Positions 26,200 to 39,601 of a stretch of DNA of 64,000 nt are shown here, one piece after another. Source of the DNA: Takakia lepidozioides. Lineage: Eukaryota; Plantae; Bryophyta. Each line of letters begins with the position of its first letter. Position 1 is the first letter of the stretch. The DNA lies in assembly GCA_030704615.1 (NCBI GenBank), contig CM060734.1, forward strand, positions 4,402,001 to 4,466,000, read 5' to 3'. A model generated the notes under the pieces. It had not been told where the DNA came from, did no database searches, and saw only the letters and a program-made list of their open reading frames with translations. Position numbers and translations under genes: made by a program.

Positions 26200-26910
26200 C
26201 AAAGTGCTTATCGGGCCTGCACCACCCGGCACAGCTGCAGGGTTCACGAAGCATTGGTCCACGTACAAGTCAATGTAATGAGCTGTGAAGAGGCCACATT
26301 CCCAGGTGGAGGACTGTTGGGGAACTGGGGGGGCACACCCACCGCTTTGGATTGGTGGCCTCCGCCCACCTTGGGCCTGGAGGATAGAATCCTCTTAGCA
26401 TAGCCCAGAATTTAGCAAACAGTGGCTTCAACCTCTTGTGTTTGTGCATCTTTTTAATGCTATTCAAGTGAAGGTGGCACATGGGTTCCATTATTACGAC
26501 ACTCCAATGGTTGCTGCACAGTACATGCAAAGTTTCAGCTTCGTCATGTCCACAAACCACACAAAACCACATGCAAAATGCGTATGGAAGCGAGACAAAG
26601 GGGCAGGGTGTGCAGAAAACTCACTTACAAGTAACAGGGACAATGAGCGCTTCCACACCAACAAAATGAAGGGTAGGGAATCGTCTGTCCATCCAAGTCT
26701 GTATGGACTCAACTGTTGTCCCATATGTACTGCAATGGTCCCGAAGACAAATCCAAGTGAAACTGTCTAGAAATCATACTATACTGCGTACAGTGGTAGG
26801 GAGGGAAAGTGTTTTGCAAGAAACCCAGAAGTCCATGAGGCGGTCGCTTGTCCAGCCCCTTGCATGCACCAGGTCATCTGCATCTTCTAGTCTAAGAGGG
26901 ATGTGAGGGA
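26200..26910 (-). pseudogene. Ulp1-like (C48 SUMO protease) pseudogene of element B; ends approximate
   Basis: DDLVHARGWTSDRLMDFW near 26850, NHWSVVI...LNSI near 26500 and, after a frameshift, PVPQQSSTWECGLFTAHYI near 26300, matching the Ulp1 HW and PQQ...CG motifs. Confidence 0.72.
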
Positions 26911-27772
26911 GAGTGCATCTTGCATAAACCATATGTCTGTCATTGGTCGGACAAGCGCACCACAGGAAATCCTGAAAACACGCACCACATATGCGTTTAT
27001 GGCAAATGAGCATGGAAAATAACAATGCCGCTGCAATTCGTAAGAGGATTTGAATGTATACCATATCATTCACTGTAAAGAAGGGTGCACGGGCGTTGAA
27101 CTCACAATACATTTTCCATCTCGCTATGTATCTTGCACAGTGCAGAGAAACCCATAAGAATTCGCAAGCACATACAAGCTGTCGTGCAACAGTACGCATA
27201 GAAAAAAGCATGTTGCATCCAGGAATACAAATGCTTACCTCTTCTTTGTTTTAGTTCATTGGCTTGGAACTACAAGTACACCATTGGGTGGAACTTCATC
27301 AGGAGAATGGTGCATTGCATCACTCGCGCTATCAGCCGCGATGGCGATGGGGCTGACGAATGTGACATTGCGGGCAGGCTTACGTCTGCCCTGCACACTC
27401 CCATCCACCTCACCATGAGACTGTGCCGTGGCGTCTGTACTGTCAAATGTATGCACACCCGAGGGAAAGACAATCTCCCAGGGACGAATGGGGGAAGGCA
27501 ATGCAGATATTTTCTGATGTGGCGTTCGGGGCTCTTCAAACAGATGAAGATGCGGGGTTTTTGAGGACCCAACAATGGTTGTCGCAGAAACAAATGCACT
27601 CTCATCAGGGGGACATTGGACTCTAAGGGGGGCGGACTCACAAAAGGATGTGCTGAATTGCAAGAGGCCACAGGGGGCAGAAGTCCACCACACTCGGGAA
27701 ATACTTGACTGCTAGCAAGGTCCATTTCAAGTTGAGTCATGGGACCTAGTTGGGGGCAGAGAATGTCGGCAG

Positions 27773-28996
27773 AGATTGGATGCAAGCACTAAACCAACAA
27801 ATGAAAGCCTGTAAGGCCGACTGGCGCCCCAATGCCTTCATTGTTGATGACGCAGATGTGGAAATCGCTGCTATCAGGTAACTCCGCCTCGAACGTTGTT
27901 GTCCCTTTCACTTCTCCAACGTGTACACATGTGTTACAGTCATTCAATCTCACAACAAACAACTCTATGTGGGGGGGTTGCGCAATTTTCATGTGCTTGT
28001 GGCATGTTCGGTGAGCCTGGTAAAATAATGTGGTATCCAAGATCAGAGATTCAGAAGTGCGTGCCACTGTGTTGCAGGATCTTGCAAAGATCATGTACGA
28101 TATAAAAGGGACGTCTAGAGATGCAGGTGAGGCATGGGCAGTATACCAAATCATATCCTTGCGGAGAGAAGTACCCCAACGAGACTGTATTCTGCGACTA
28201 CATGGACACCAAGTGGCTTCCGAAAGCCAAAATGTGGATGAAGGGTTCTAGAAACATTCCCCATGCCTCTCAAGATACTAATGCTGCCATAGAAGCTTAC
28301 CATGGGAACCTCAAAGCGCAATTGAAGTGCACCAAAAGTGTCTTGACTAGCAAAAGGGTGGACTGGCTCATCTCCGAACTCACTGGTGATGTCCTTACCC
28401 ATTATTGGTACATGTCTCATGCGAAAGCCTATGGATTTGTCAGAAACAAACGGCTAGAGGGGTTTGTTTGCAGTTCCATATTACTTGCCAAGCACATTCC
28501 AGATGGCAACGTCCATCTGCCGCAAACCCCCGGTGGCCCCGCAACGGTTGAATGTACACGCGAGTTGGGTAAGACTTTCACAATTCACAAACCTGAATCA
28601 GAGTGGGCTTGCTGTGATTGCTCTTGGGCCCAGAAGGGCAATATGTGCGCACACCAGGTGAAGGTTCTGAAGATGATCCACCCTCATCTGGAGGATGGCC
28701 TGATCGCAAAGTTCTGTGGGACTCTGATGGGCATATCTAAAGGTGGCCTTCACAATTTTGTGAGAGGTTCTCAATCCCCGACTTCCATCCCTTCCACTCC
28801 TCCACATCAAAGGTCCCCTTCTTTGTCTCACAAGAGTCCATTGCACAACGTGCAGGCCCAGATTTCCACAGAATGGCAAACCATTCTCGAACTGACAGAG
28901 TCCAGTGACTACCTCCAGCAACATCTCCTTGCCTTGATCAGAGCTGCAAAAGGCAAGATTCTTGAATTGAGTGCCATGATGGAGGCGGGTGTTTAG
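27773..28996 (+). pseudogene. Element B SWIM-MULE transposase, C-terminal half (At1g60560/At4g13970-like)
   Basis: DWRPNAFIVDDAD, CLWHVR*AW, ASQDTNAAIEAYHGNLK, RVDWLISEL and SWIM CDCSWAQKGNMCAH; premature stops and a frameshift; N-terminal half missing. Confidence 0.85.
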
Positions 28997-31808
28997 TACC
29001 CTCGCGAGGAACCAGTTATGACTGTTGTCGATGATGGCAAAGGGAAGTCTCTCGTCCGGTTCAAAGACTTCTTGGAGAGAAATGGGCATAGCAGAAAACG
29101 CCCACCCTTGCCCACACGTAGCACGCCCAAGAAGAGATTGTACACAGACTGACGGTCTCTAGGTACTGCAGAAAAGACTGTGACAGTCATGTGATACAGT
29201 CCATCGGATTCCTATTCACAATCACTGATACTATTTTCATCCATCTTCCACGGTCACAGGGTTGCAGGTATCATTGGCAGTGTTGTTCACACGATGCGAC
29301 CGTCACTAATCCGCTGCAGGCATATGTGCTTGCATCCTAGGCTACTTCACTTCGTTTTAAAGGGGATTGCCTTCGCACATACGGTACAATAATGTTTTGT
29401 AACTGTTTCTGCCCCTACAGTGCCTTCGTATGCTTGCCTCCTTCGCATAATGGCTGATGTTGTCTTCCTACTAATTTCTGATGTACCCTTCAAGTGACAG
29501 CAGCTTGTATCCAGGTAGCATCAAACGTCTTGAAAGATGATAATCCAATATGTTTGAGCTTTACAACATGGTAGTATGTATGGTGTACTCGTGTTCTTCT
29601 TGCCGACAAGGACTTGCATTTGGACTCATTGTATATGATGGTACAATGACTGCTTTCACACATTTTCAGCTGTACAAACTCGCGCGTTTCCACATACCAT
29701 GAATACAAATACCATTCTGTAGTATGTATTTTGTTTTCCAACACTGCTTCATTTGTCTTTCAATATTCACAAGATTAATGGTTCACTTTATGTGGCTGTG
29801 TATTGAACCTCGTTTGTATGCTTCAAGTTGGTATTGGTACGCAACTTACAGCCTGCCTCCACCTTTTTCCGGTCAACATGCCTTGTGATTTTATACAGTG
29901 CACTGTGCCACAAGAGACTCACCTACTCATCCATATTTCACTGCTCAATTTCTCCTCAAAAATTGCAGTGTATAACCTGACAGAAAACATTCCGACATTC
30001 TGAAAAGGAGCACACACAAACCATGTTTTGCAGGACAGTTGCCACATTTTTGAGTGTTCATTACTCTCTACCCAATGTTGTCTTCTCGTACTCTTTGAGG
30101 CTACATCCACTGTCAACATTCACAGTCTTTTGCTCAAATGACTTGACACTCTCTGGCATGTCCCTAAAATTTGTGGCAGATGTTGTTGTGTTTTTGTTTG
30201 GCCACATAACCAGTAATGTCTTCCTCTTTTCTGATGCCACAGTCACACTAAAGTTTTGGGGCCTTCATGCATTGAGGATTTGAGCATGTTCAGGAAGCAG
30301 CAGTCCTATTATTGGCGACTGGCAAGATTGCACGTCCTTCCATTCATACACTTCCTCCATCAACCGTTCATACATGGAATTCAACACAATCTCCCCGGGC
30401 AGCAAGAGAACTCTCCACTGCATCACAGTATGGGAAACAATCTCCACAAAACAAAGGTGACCAAACTGTCCACTGTAATTTTCACAACTGAAATTGTATT
30501 GTTTTGTGCTAATTTGTGTTATGTATCTGAATTGCATGATTACTTGAATCATTTGTCGGTGGTGATTATGTGTGTTATTGGATGATTTTCATGACGGTTC
30601 TCAAACTGTTATACTGTCGAGGCACAGTGTGTACTGTTATATTATATTGTATTGTGTGGTTTTGTATCTGAAAGGGATGATTGTACTTTATTAGGGTTTG
30701 GATGCTTTCCGTTTCTCATTCAGTTTTTTTTTGAATATGATGATTTTCATTATGGTTCAGGCTGAACATGTTATGTTGTCGAGACACAGTGTCCACAGTT
30801 GAAATTCACATCTGTAGTTCATTGCTCTTCTTGTCTCTCTCCTTCTCTGCTCTTCTTGTCTCTCTTGTTTCCTTTTGGTCTTCTAGACGCACTCGCGGGC
30901 TGCAAGCTTCTTTCCTTCGCAGTACTGCTGGTTTCTCCACATCCCTCTAGTGTTTGCTCTGCAGTCTTCGTTGTATTACAGTTCTCGGTCTTCTTCCCCA
31001 ACGTCATTCGCACCTGTTCTCAAACTTCTTTGTAACCCGACGTAATGGCAGGATCCCAACCTCGAATTATGGTGTTGTTGCAGCGAGCCCTCCATGCAGT
31101 TGCTCCAATGGAGTTTTCGATTCCGCAAGCAGTTCATTATATCAATCACGAAATGCATATGAACTGACTCCAATGGCCGTTGAATGGAACAGGAAACAAA
31201 CCCAAAACAGGGAGATCAGCACCACACAATGTGCCTACACTACCGGTTAGGGGAAAACAAAAATAATGACCTAAGAATCCTTCGCCATTCCCAACAACAC
31301 CTACGAGTCTGCAAGCAGTCCCCATGCTCAATTCCATAATGCAGTGTATCCCATAGGAGCAACGAAGAGACCAAGTCCCTGCCCGAAAAGGCATTATACA
31401 CAAGCTGAACATGTCCACATACTGCAGTAAACGGTGTGACATACATGTGACACAGTGTTTCCGCTTCCAGTTCACAGTACTGACATTGTCTTCAATTTAC
31501 ACTGTTTTCTTGCGAGACTGTTTTCTTCGTAACTAATTGACATGCACCCTTGCAGTGACAGGACCTCGTTGAAGCTTATCTTTGACAATTTTTTATGATA
31601 GCATACGAAATACTTTCACCTTCCTACTTTGTCTTCACTAATTTTTTAATCTTCATCGTCGTGCTCCTCTCTGTATTGCAGTTTACAGTTTTGCACTAGG
31701 CCCACTTTCGGTTCTGTAGTCAAGTCCCTTTTCAAACCATCCCAATGGCAGGAACCCAAGGGCGTGTCATCCAGCTTCTGTAGCGACCAATCGCCGCGGT
31801 GGCACCAA

Positions 31809-32175
31809 TGCAGCTTCCAGAGTTGACCCTTTTGACATTGTCAAAGATGGAGTCCTACGAGGGGCAGGACAAGGCATGGAGGTACCATATGGAAGGAGAC
31901 AGCCGTTGTATTACCATAGACCTAGGTGGCTTGGAGTATGCGTACACTATGACGAGGAGGAGCAGATGGCGGTTGTTCTAGCGCATGTGTACCGCGGATT
32001 TGTCGATCGCATCATCTTGAGAACCTACAAGCACATGTGGTCCAGATTTCATGGCGAAGGGTTTGTCGACTGGGGATATCATATCTTGTTGGAGGAGCAA
32101 TGGGTTGCGGATTTCATTGAACTGTTTCCCTTCGGCATGCAGGGGCAGATTGTGGTAGATGCATCCCAAGAATGA
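31809..32175 (+). pseudogene. Small frameshifted ORF of unknown function in element B
   Basis: Two overlapping ORFs (31799-31981 and 31876-32175) with coding-like composition inside AT-rich flanks; no family recognised. Confidence 0.3.
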
Positions 32176-32569
32176 GGGATGGTAGTGTGAGACGTGTTGT
32201 AGCACTGTATCTGCATTGAAGGTGTGGTTTGTAGCTCTGATTAGGACCCAAAATACCCTGTGCTGCAGTTTTTGAAAGTGCAAGATGACCATTTTAATTT
32301 GGCTTGTAACGCACTTGTTTCTTTTATGAATTACACCGTTCCGGTGTCCAATTTACAGTGTTATGCCTTCTCGCACACAGTCTTCTTCATTGTTCTTCCA
32401 TCATGTTTGCATTTGGTTGCATTAGTTGCTTAACTGTCTATCGTTGTTGCCTTATGGCTAGTCTTCTGGGCTAGAATTAAGCTTCTGTCAAATTAAAATA
32501 CACATATTTAAACACAATACAATTTCCGTTGAGCTTCTTTATGACACTTGAGTTTTTCCAATATCCTTC

Positions 32570-32915
32570 TGCTTAGAGGGGTGGAGATTAAGCTGGCGTC
32601 AACGCCATCTTAATTGAGACCCAGACAGACAGACAGACAAGGTTCTTGAGTGGTTTCTGCTTTTCTGTTTGTCAATTTCCTTGTGCTTAGAAGGGTGGAG
32701 ATTAAGTTGGCATCAACACCATCTTAATCCAGACCCAGATAGACAGGTAGACAGACAGACATGTACACAAACAGACAGACAGACAGACAGATACACAAAC
32801 AGACGGTAAGACTTGAGTGGTTGTTTTTTTTTTTTTTTTTTTTTTTTTTTTCCTTTGAGCTTAGAGGGGTGGAGATTAAGCTAGCATCAATGCCATCTTA
32901 ATCCAGACCCAGACA
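32570..32915. repeat. Three tandem units with a degenerate ATTAAG...CTTAAT palindrome, (CAGA)n and poly-T
   Basis: CTTAGAGGGGTGGAGATTAAG-x-CATCTTAAT..AGACCCAGA is repeated three times. Confidence 0.8.
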
Positions 32916-33433
32916 TGTAGCCATTCAGACATACCATTTGCAATGACTCTCTGTGATGTGGTCGAGCAAATTCACTCAGTGGAGATGAAACACAAGATTC
33001 AACATAGGAAGGTCACAGAAAGGGGTGCGACTTAGAAGACGAAACGTATTGGCCATCTTACACGGAAAGCAGCATCGCCCCCTCTCTCCTCCAAAGCAAC
33101 TTTTTCCCTCTTCAAGCTTTTTACCTTGCTTACGCGATAAGCGGACTGGAATCGACATTTTACATTCATCCACTCTACTTTCATCCTGATTTTTATCATA
33201 TCACATTCATCCATCATTCATCCACTCACCAATCTTATTGCCAAGCCTTAGTCACACTCCGGGAATACTAAGCTCCCATTTTCGGCGGTTAAGCCCCGCG
33301 GCAATAGGGCTTCTAGGAGTTCACGGACCGCGGTAATAGGCCCAACCTTAAATTCTAATTCCAAGGAACGTGAGAAGAATTCTGCTCACAGTATTTTCTG
33401 CTCACATGAGCTGCTCACAATCTAGCACGCCCC

Positions 33434-33584
33434 GCCCGGTTTCAGTTCAGCCGATATGCCTATGCTCCACATATTAGCGAGGAACTAAAAAAGTAGATCA
33501 TGGAATGCTTGTCCCGAGGCCTGACTGTTGTGAAAATCATGATTGAACACAAGGAGCACGTCATGCACAACACTAGCTTGGGAT
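33434..33584 (+). pseudogene. Element A transposase, 151-bp middle fragment between insertions B and C
   Basis: ARFQFSRYAYAPHISEELKK*IMECLSRGLTVVKIMIEH; in frame with both neighbouring fragments once the TSD-bounded insertions are removed. Confidence 0.82.
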
Positions 33585-33799
33585 GAGGGGTGCTATTCCG
33601 TGAGCCCGGAGGCGTGAGCCTGTGAGCCCGGGAGCCCGTGAGCCCAGCACAGGCTCACGCCACGTCAGCATGCATACAGGGCCTATTTCCACGGGTGTCA
33701 CCTATTACCGCGGGTTGATCAGCCCTCTCAAGGGAATGCAGACTGGATGTGTTACATCCATTGTATCTATCCATTGCATCCATTTAGACGTTATTAACA

Positions 33800-34100
33800 T
33801 ACCAAGCCCTTGCATTGGAATGTGCCTACGTCATGAGCAAGTGCACGCTCACATCATCCAAAGCGGATCCCTGCGAAATGTTTTCTTACTCACCACCCTT
33901 GCGAACATGTATGGTATGTGCGGGAGCATCATGGATGCTCACCAGAAGAATGCCTGAACGATCTTTGATCACGTGGACTTTAACGCGATGGATTTACCAA
34001 GCATTCTTCTGGCAGGAATGGCCTGGAGACCAACGAGCAAATGATGCGAGAATGCACTGCCCAAACCAAAGACGTTTGTTTGTTTATGCAATGCACACAA
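33800..34100 (+). pseudogene. Captured PLS-class PPR gene fragment
   Basis: EQVHAHIIQSG..NVFLLTTLANMYGMCGSIMDA...MPERSLITW is a typical PPR L-S-P motif series, decayed by frameshifts. Confidence 0.75.
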
Positions 34101-34674
34101 GCCTGTGAGCTCGGGAAAACACCAAAGAGATTGAAGGACCAATCCGGGCACTCCATGCAACCCCCATCTCCAACGATAGTTTGTTCCCAGGAATTTGCAT
34201 CCCACGCACACATTGCAAACATGACAACAAGGACACACAACCATCCCATTTCAAAATGGGCCCCGAATAAAAGTAAAAGAGAACTTGATATCAAGTGTCA
34301 CAGTCATCAGAAACATAATCGACCTCATGTACTATGTCATCCACAAAGATTCCGGCCCCAATACCACGTCTTCTACCACGGCCGTCGATGGTTGGACTGC
34401 GAGCGCCATGAACGGACATGCTTGCTGCAAGTGCCTCCGCATAGACGGGTGGCATGTAAGACTGAGGAGGACTTGAAACAAGTCCAAAAAGGTGTGATAG
34501 CCCTGGAGGGTCAGTGGAAGCACACGGACTCCTGCACAAGTCGACAAAAACCCATTTTGAATACAATGATGCAATGCACAAGTCCAACGAAGAGGTTATC
34601 TCCCATGTGCACTTTGCCTTAAGAACAATGATTCTGGGTATTGAAACAAGAATGCAAGCATCCACAGGTTGAAC

Positions 34675-37600
34675 TTACTCACAGGCAAAGTTGGAGTCCA
34701 GCTCCTTGTCGGACATCTCCCCTATATCAATATCACCGGGAAGGGGCTTCGGAAAGACTTGAGAAGTGTGTCCACCCAAACCCATCAAGAGGTTCTTGTA
34801 AATCTCGGCATCCCCTTCAATCCCGAAGAGATGTCGCGCACTAGCCTTGCAAGCATGGTACGAAGCACCTGCAATGGAATAGAAGGAAGGAAACAGACAT
34901 TGAAGACTCATTTGGAACGGTGGGAAGTGCTGAAAGTGCAAGCTCAAACAAACCTGATCAAATGTGAATGCTGAAGAGACGAACCTGTGCCCATTGACAA
35001 ATCCAGAACTCTGGCGTCGGTGTAGGTGCAGCACTCCACAATCGTTTGAATGAAAGCCGGGCTCCTCTCCCTGGCCCCTCTCCAAGGAACCCCATTCCCC
35101 CTTCGCAAGCACACGTTGTTGTCCACGTAGTTGTGGTGCATGTCATCCGTGGGAGAATCCGTCTTCTCGTCTATGAACTTGCCCCCATGAGTGATGGCAA
35201 ACTCCCTAATGATGGTTGGAGTCGTAGGTGGATGCACCCGGACGAGACAAACAGCTTCAAACAGACGAGTCTGCGAACAGGACATCCACAAGGAACTAAG
35301 AAGCTTGAAAACCAGGCCCCTACATGTTCATTTGAGCGACTTATGCAACACCATCCGAGAACCACCAAGAAGAGAAATAAGAAGGCAGATTTACCATCTC
35401 TCCCGGACGATCCCCCTTCATCAGGTACATGCTGTTCACACAATTCCATGTCTTTACGACCCTCATACCGGAGGCTTTCAAATAGCTAGCAAGTGCACGG
35501 CGACAGTGAAGGTCGATGGACTAGATGAGCACCAAAACACCTGCATCGGACAGAAAGAAATTGCAAAAGGAGAAAACCCACCGCCAGTAGCGCTCATCAA
35601 AAGCATTCAAACTTGGACAAGCACCCGCTGGAGGGACATCCGGGATTGGCAACCCATCAGGGATGTCCAAGATGATGAGTTCGGCTGCATGTGGCTTCTC
35701 CTTCCCGTTCACCCAGGATCTGGTCATTTTAGCCTGCAAACAAGCATGCAATGAAATGCTCAAGTGGATTGAAACGAGCCATGCCCACAACACACAAGAA
35801 GCAAAATACAACACGCACCGTGCTGAGGAACTCCACAATCCTCTCCCACACTGGTGATGGATCGCCCTTGTAATCAGATTTCTTGGACTCCATCATGGCA
35901 AGGAACCCGATGTTGGGCATCTCCAACCTGGTAGGGCGAATGACCCTCGTGGGATGCTCCACTACATGGTACGGGTCCTTAGGATCAACCACCCCCTTGT
36001 TCTTTCTCCTGGATCCCCTACCATGCGGTGGAGTCTCTTTGGTCTGCTGGACATCCGCTGCAGGGACAGTTTCTGCAACACTTCCCTGCCCAACAACCTA
36101 CCCTTGCACTCTCTTCCCCCTACCCCTTCCTTTCCCCACACCAACAGCAACATCCTTTCCCTTTGCCTTTCTACCTTTACCCGGGGTATCCTGAGCGGGA
36201 GGCTCCTTTTTTGCAAGTGTCCTCAAATTTTTATCATGAATCTCAAGGTCAGCAGTGGTGGCGGTGGCGGTGGCTGCTACATGCTCATTCTCTCTCCTCA
36301 AAGACACCTCCTGCGCCAGGGTCTCAGAAACAAGGCAATCCAATACCAACCACAGGCAGAAAGATGGTCTGGCCCCAGTCCTGCAAGATCCCCACAGCAA
36401 ACATGGTCTGGTTGCCAGCAGGAACTAGCCACAGGTCCACAAAATTAGGATGTTTGTCCAAGCAGTTCTCTGCCATGAGAACATACTTTATGTACCTGCA
36501 GGCACAGAGACATCCTCATTATGCAATGCAACTATTGTCTCCTAGCTTTTCTACCATATCACGAAGACCCCCTAAAAGAGTATGCGACACCGTACACTGC
36601 AACCACCGCACCCAAAATAGCCTGAAGGGCCCAGGGTGTGCACGTTGATGTTACTACACACGGATAGAGAAAATGAGTGTGCGGCACCGCACACTCATAT
36701 GAGCCAGCACAAAGCAGGTTGGATGGAAGAGAGTGTGTCTTTGCAAATCAAAGAAGCATAGTCGATTTCGCACCTGTAAAGGCATCGTTTCCAGGCTTCC
36801 TCTCCTTTATCTTGCTGGTCAAGCTCATTTGTTTGGCTGATGCCACCCTCCTTGTGAACTCCCTTAAGAAACAAGATTGCCACACTATGGCTCTCCATTT
36901 CCGTATGTATGCTTGGAAGGAGACCTTCGGTGCTGTCATGGTGATGCCATAGTCAGCCAGCTGCGTATGTAGAACAGATTGGGCCCTCTCCTCCAACTGC
37001 AAAACAATTCGAATGCAAGAATGAACCAGAAATCAATCACAGCCATTGTAACATGGAATGAGAACGACAGAAAAGCGAAATGAAAGTGACACAGCAAATG
37101 ACATCATACCTGGCTCCAGTAAGTGGCCTTGTGAAGCCATGTGTCCATCATATTGTCACTGATAGGAATGACACGCTGGGTCTTCTTCTCTTTCTCCGGC
37201 CTGGGGAACATGTGGGTATCCCTAACAGTGGGATCGGAGTTCCATATCAGTAGCCACTTCACCTTCTGTTCTGAAGACACAACAGCGGTAGACAACCTGT
37301 GCAACTTCTCCTGGGCCATCTCCGGCTTGCCCGGCTTGTTGAAATGGTTTTTCACCTCTTGAAGAAATTGTGGTCTGAAGGATGGGTCGGCAATTCTCAA
37401 CTGCTTCACAAAAGCACTCATAATATTCTTTCTTGTGGTGGTCATCTCTTGCTTGATGTGAATCTCAACCCCCTTTGCTGTCCTTCTCTCTTCAGGGGTA
37501 GAGCTGTAGTATTCTAGTTTGCCACGCTGTCCTGCATCTGCAATGTCTTGCTGCAAGAGAATGCACAACAATTGCATCAACACAAGGGCAATGGAAACAA

Positions 37601-38560
37601 ACAGAAACAAAGATCTCGAAGCAGGAATATCGAAAGGAAGGAGGATGGAAGATGTATCTCACCGCGTACATATACTCCATGAAAGCCTCACGGGTCAACG
37701 AGTACCATGTTTCTGATGTCTTGGAGCTTTCGCACTTCTTGTAAGTCTCTGCTGAAAGGATGGTCTTGAAGTTGGTCAAGGGCATCTGACCGATCCTCTG
37801 TATCCTGTACAGTGTGTGAACCAGACTCGTTTTGACATGCGATGTCTCCGTCCCTCTGCAGAATGACGTGTGAAAGTGAGAATGAAATTCAAGAACCCAC
37901 AACAGAGGACTGGAACCAATGAACCACGGAACCACAACTGGAACATGTAGAATGAGAAACCAACCTGTTCACATCATTCATTGCCGTCAGAAGACCCATC
38001 ATGTTCCCGTCACAATCCAACACCATCGTTCAAACACAGTAATGCCACTCTTCCTCCTGTGAGTGCAGCCTCCCAATGACAGCCATCCATGCAAGCAACC
38101 GGTGGTTGCCATCCCATACGTGAAACATCTTCCCTGAGAATGCTTGGGTCGAAGGTTTCCTGGAGAGAAGAAGTTCAAAGGATTTGTTCACCTGTCTCCA
38201 AATGGGATCCCAAGAGTCCACGATTCATCTACAAGGAGCTCTTTGCCTCTGGAATCCCTTGTAGAAACGTAAAAGACTGCGGATCCATCCAAATACCCAT
38301 GAACAAACTCGGCCTCCAGCTTCTGGATGTCCTTGATGAGGGGTGGACGAACGATGGGCATGGAAACCAACCTACACAGGGGAATCTTCAACCTCCCACC
38401 CGGGGCAAGCATGCTTTGCACCACAAGCTGAGAATTCACCTTCTGACCCCCCAGCATCTCTGCGGCTTTGCTTTCATAGAACTCATCGTCCACATCAAGA
38501 ATGATCTCCTTCTCCTGCCCTGAAGTGTTGTCATCAGCCACCCTTTGAATCTTCTCTTGC
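34675..38560 (-). pseudogene. Element C multi-exon ParB-like / N4C-N6A methyltransferase-like fusion gene (disrupted)
   Basis: IPLCRLVSMPIVR, FHVWDGNHRLLAW (38099-38113), ELIILDIPDG (35653-35667), RSPAFIQTIVECCT...VLDLSMGTG (34984-35010) and RHLFGIEGD; colinear with the D copy. Confidence 0.8.
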
Positions 38561-38699
38561 AGGGTTGTCCATTCAATTTCACATAAAAGAGAGGACAGGA
38601 ACAAAGTGCGGTGCCGAAGACTGCACAGAGCTCAAACACATACCTTTTCTGTGTTTTCACTATGCTTCAAATGTGATTCAATGTTTAAAAAAGAATCAA

Positions 38700-39138
38700 G
38701 TTGACTTCCTCTTACATCGAAACATGTCAAAGTACAAAGGGCACAAACAGTGTGCTTCCAATTACGGGTGTGTTGAACATGGCACATTGGCCGTGTTGGG
38801 CCCATACTGACATAAAAAAACAGGCACAGAGGGGGGCACAGACTGTGTGCGTTGCCGCACACTCTTTGGTGCTTCCAACTACGGGTGTTTTGAATATGGT
38901 ACACTGGCCCTGTGTGGCACATTTAGACATCAAACATGGCACATTTTTAAATCAAAAAACAGGTTGAGAGGGTGCACAAACAGTGTGCATTGATGCACAC
39001 TGTTTGGTGTTTCCAACTACGGGTGATTTCAACTTGGCACACTAGCCCTGTGTGGCCCATTTAGACATCAAAAAACAACTGGAAAGGGGGGCACAAACAG
39101 TGTGCGTTGACGCACACTCTTTGGTGCTTCCAACTACG
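38700..39138. repeat. Element C about 119-bp palindromic tandem array, left part (about 4 units)
   Basis: Units contain GCACAAACAGTGTGCGTTGACGCACACTGTTTGGTGC; split by insertion D. Confidence 0.9.
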
Positions 39139-39601
39139 GGGGGCTGCTATTTCATGAGCCATGAGCCATGAGCGGCATGAGCCATGAGCAGAGTCGTAAG
39201 TGTGGAAAAAAACATGAGCAGCACTATTTTCCGGAAATGAGTGTCCGCGGGAATAGGGTTTAGGGTGCCACGGTCATAGGGGGAGAAGGACCTCCCGATG
39301 AAGGAGGTTCCGCAATGTTATTTAGAATTATATATTGAAAGGCAATGTTTCGCGAATGGTAGGGTGGTATTGCTCTGTACAATGGGGGCCCATTTCAGCC
39401 TACCAGCCATTTGCAAAATTCACCCACACTCCCAATCCCAAACGAAATGAGCAATGACGCATTCTCGGAACAATGGACACAGAATAGAATAAAAAGAGGG
39501 CACAATGAGGTTTTTATTGATCCACATGAATTGCATTTGAAGCACGTCTACTGTGCTGATTGTGCCCTCAAATCTTGAGCCCTGTGCCTACTGAATACAA
39601 G

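Larger units (their letters stand above)
21788..33433. mobile_element. MULE B, 11.6 kb, with Ulp1-like and SWIM-transposase remnants
   Basis: Imperfect TIRs (GAGGGTAGCTACCGCATGAGCAGCTCACGTGAGC versus reverse complement GGGGCGTGCTAGATTGTGAGCAGCTCATGTGAGC); 10-bp TSD GCCTGGTTTC / GCCCGGTTTC at 21778-21787 and 33434-33443. Confidence 0.88.
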
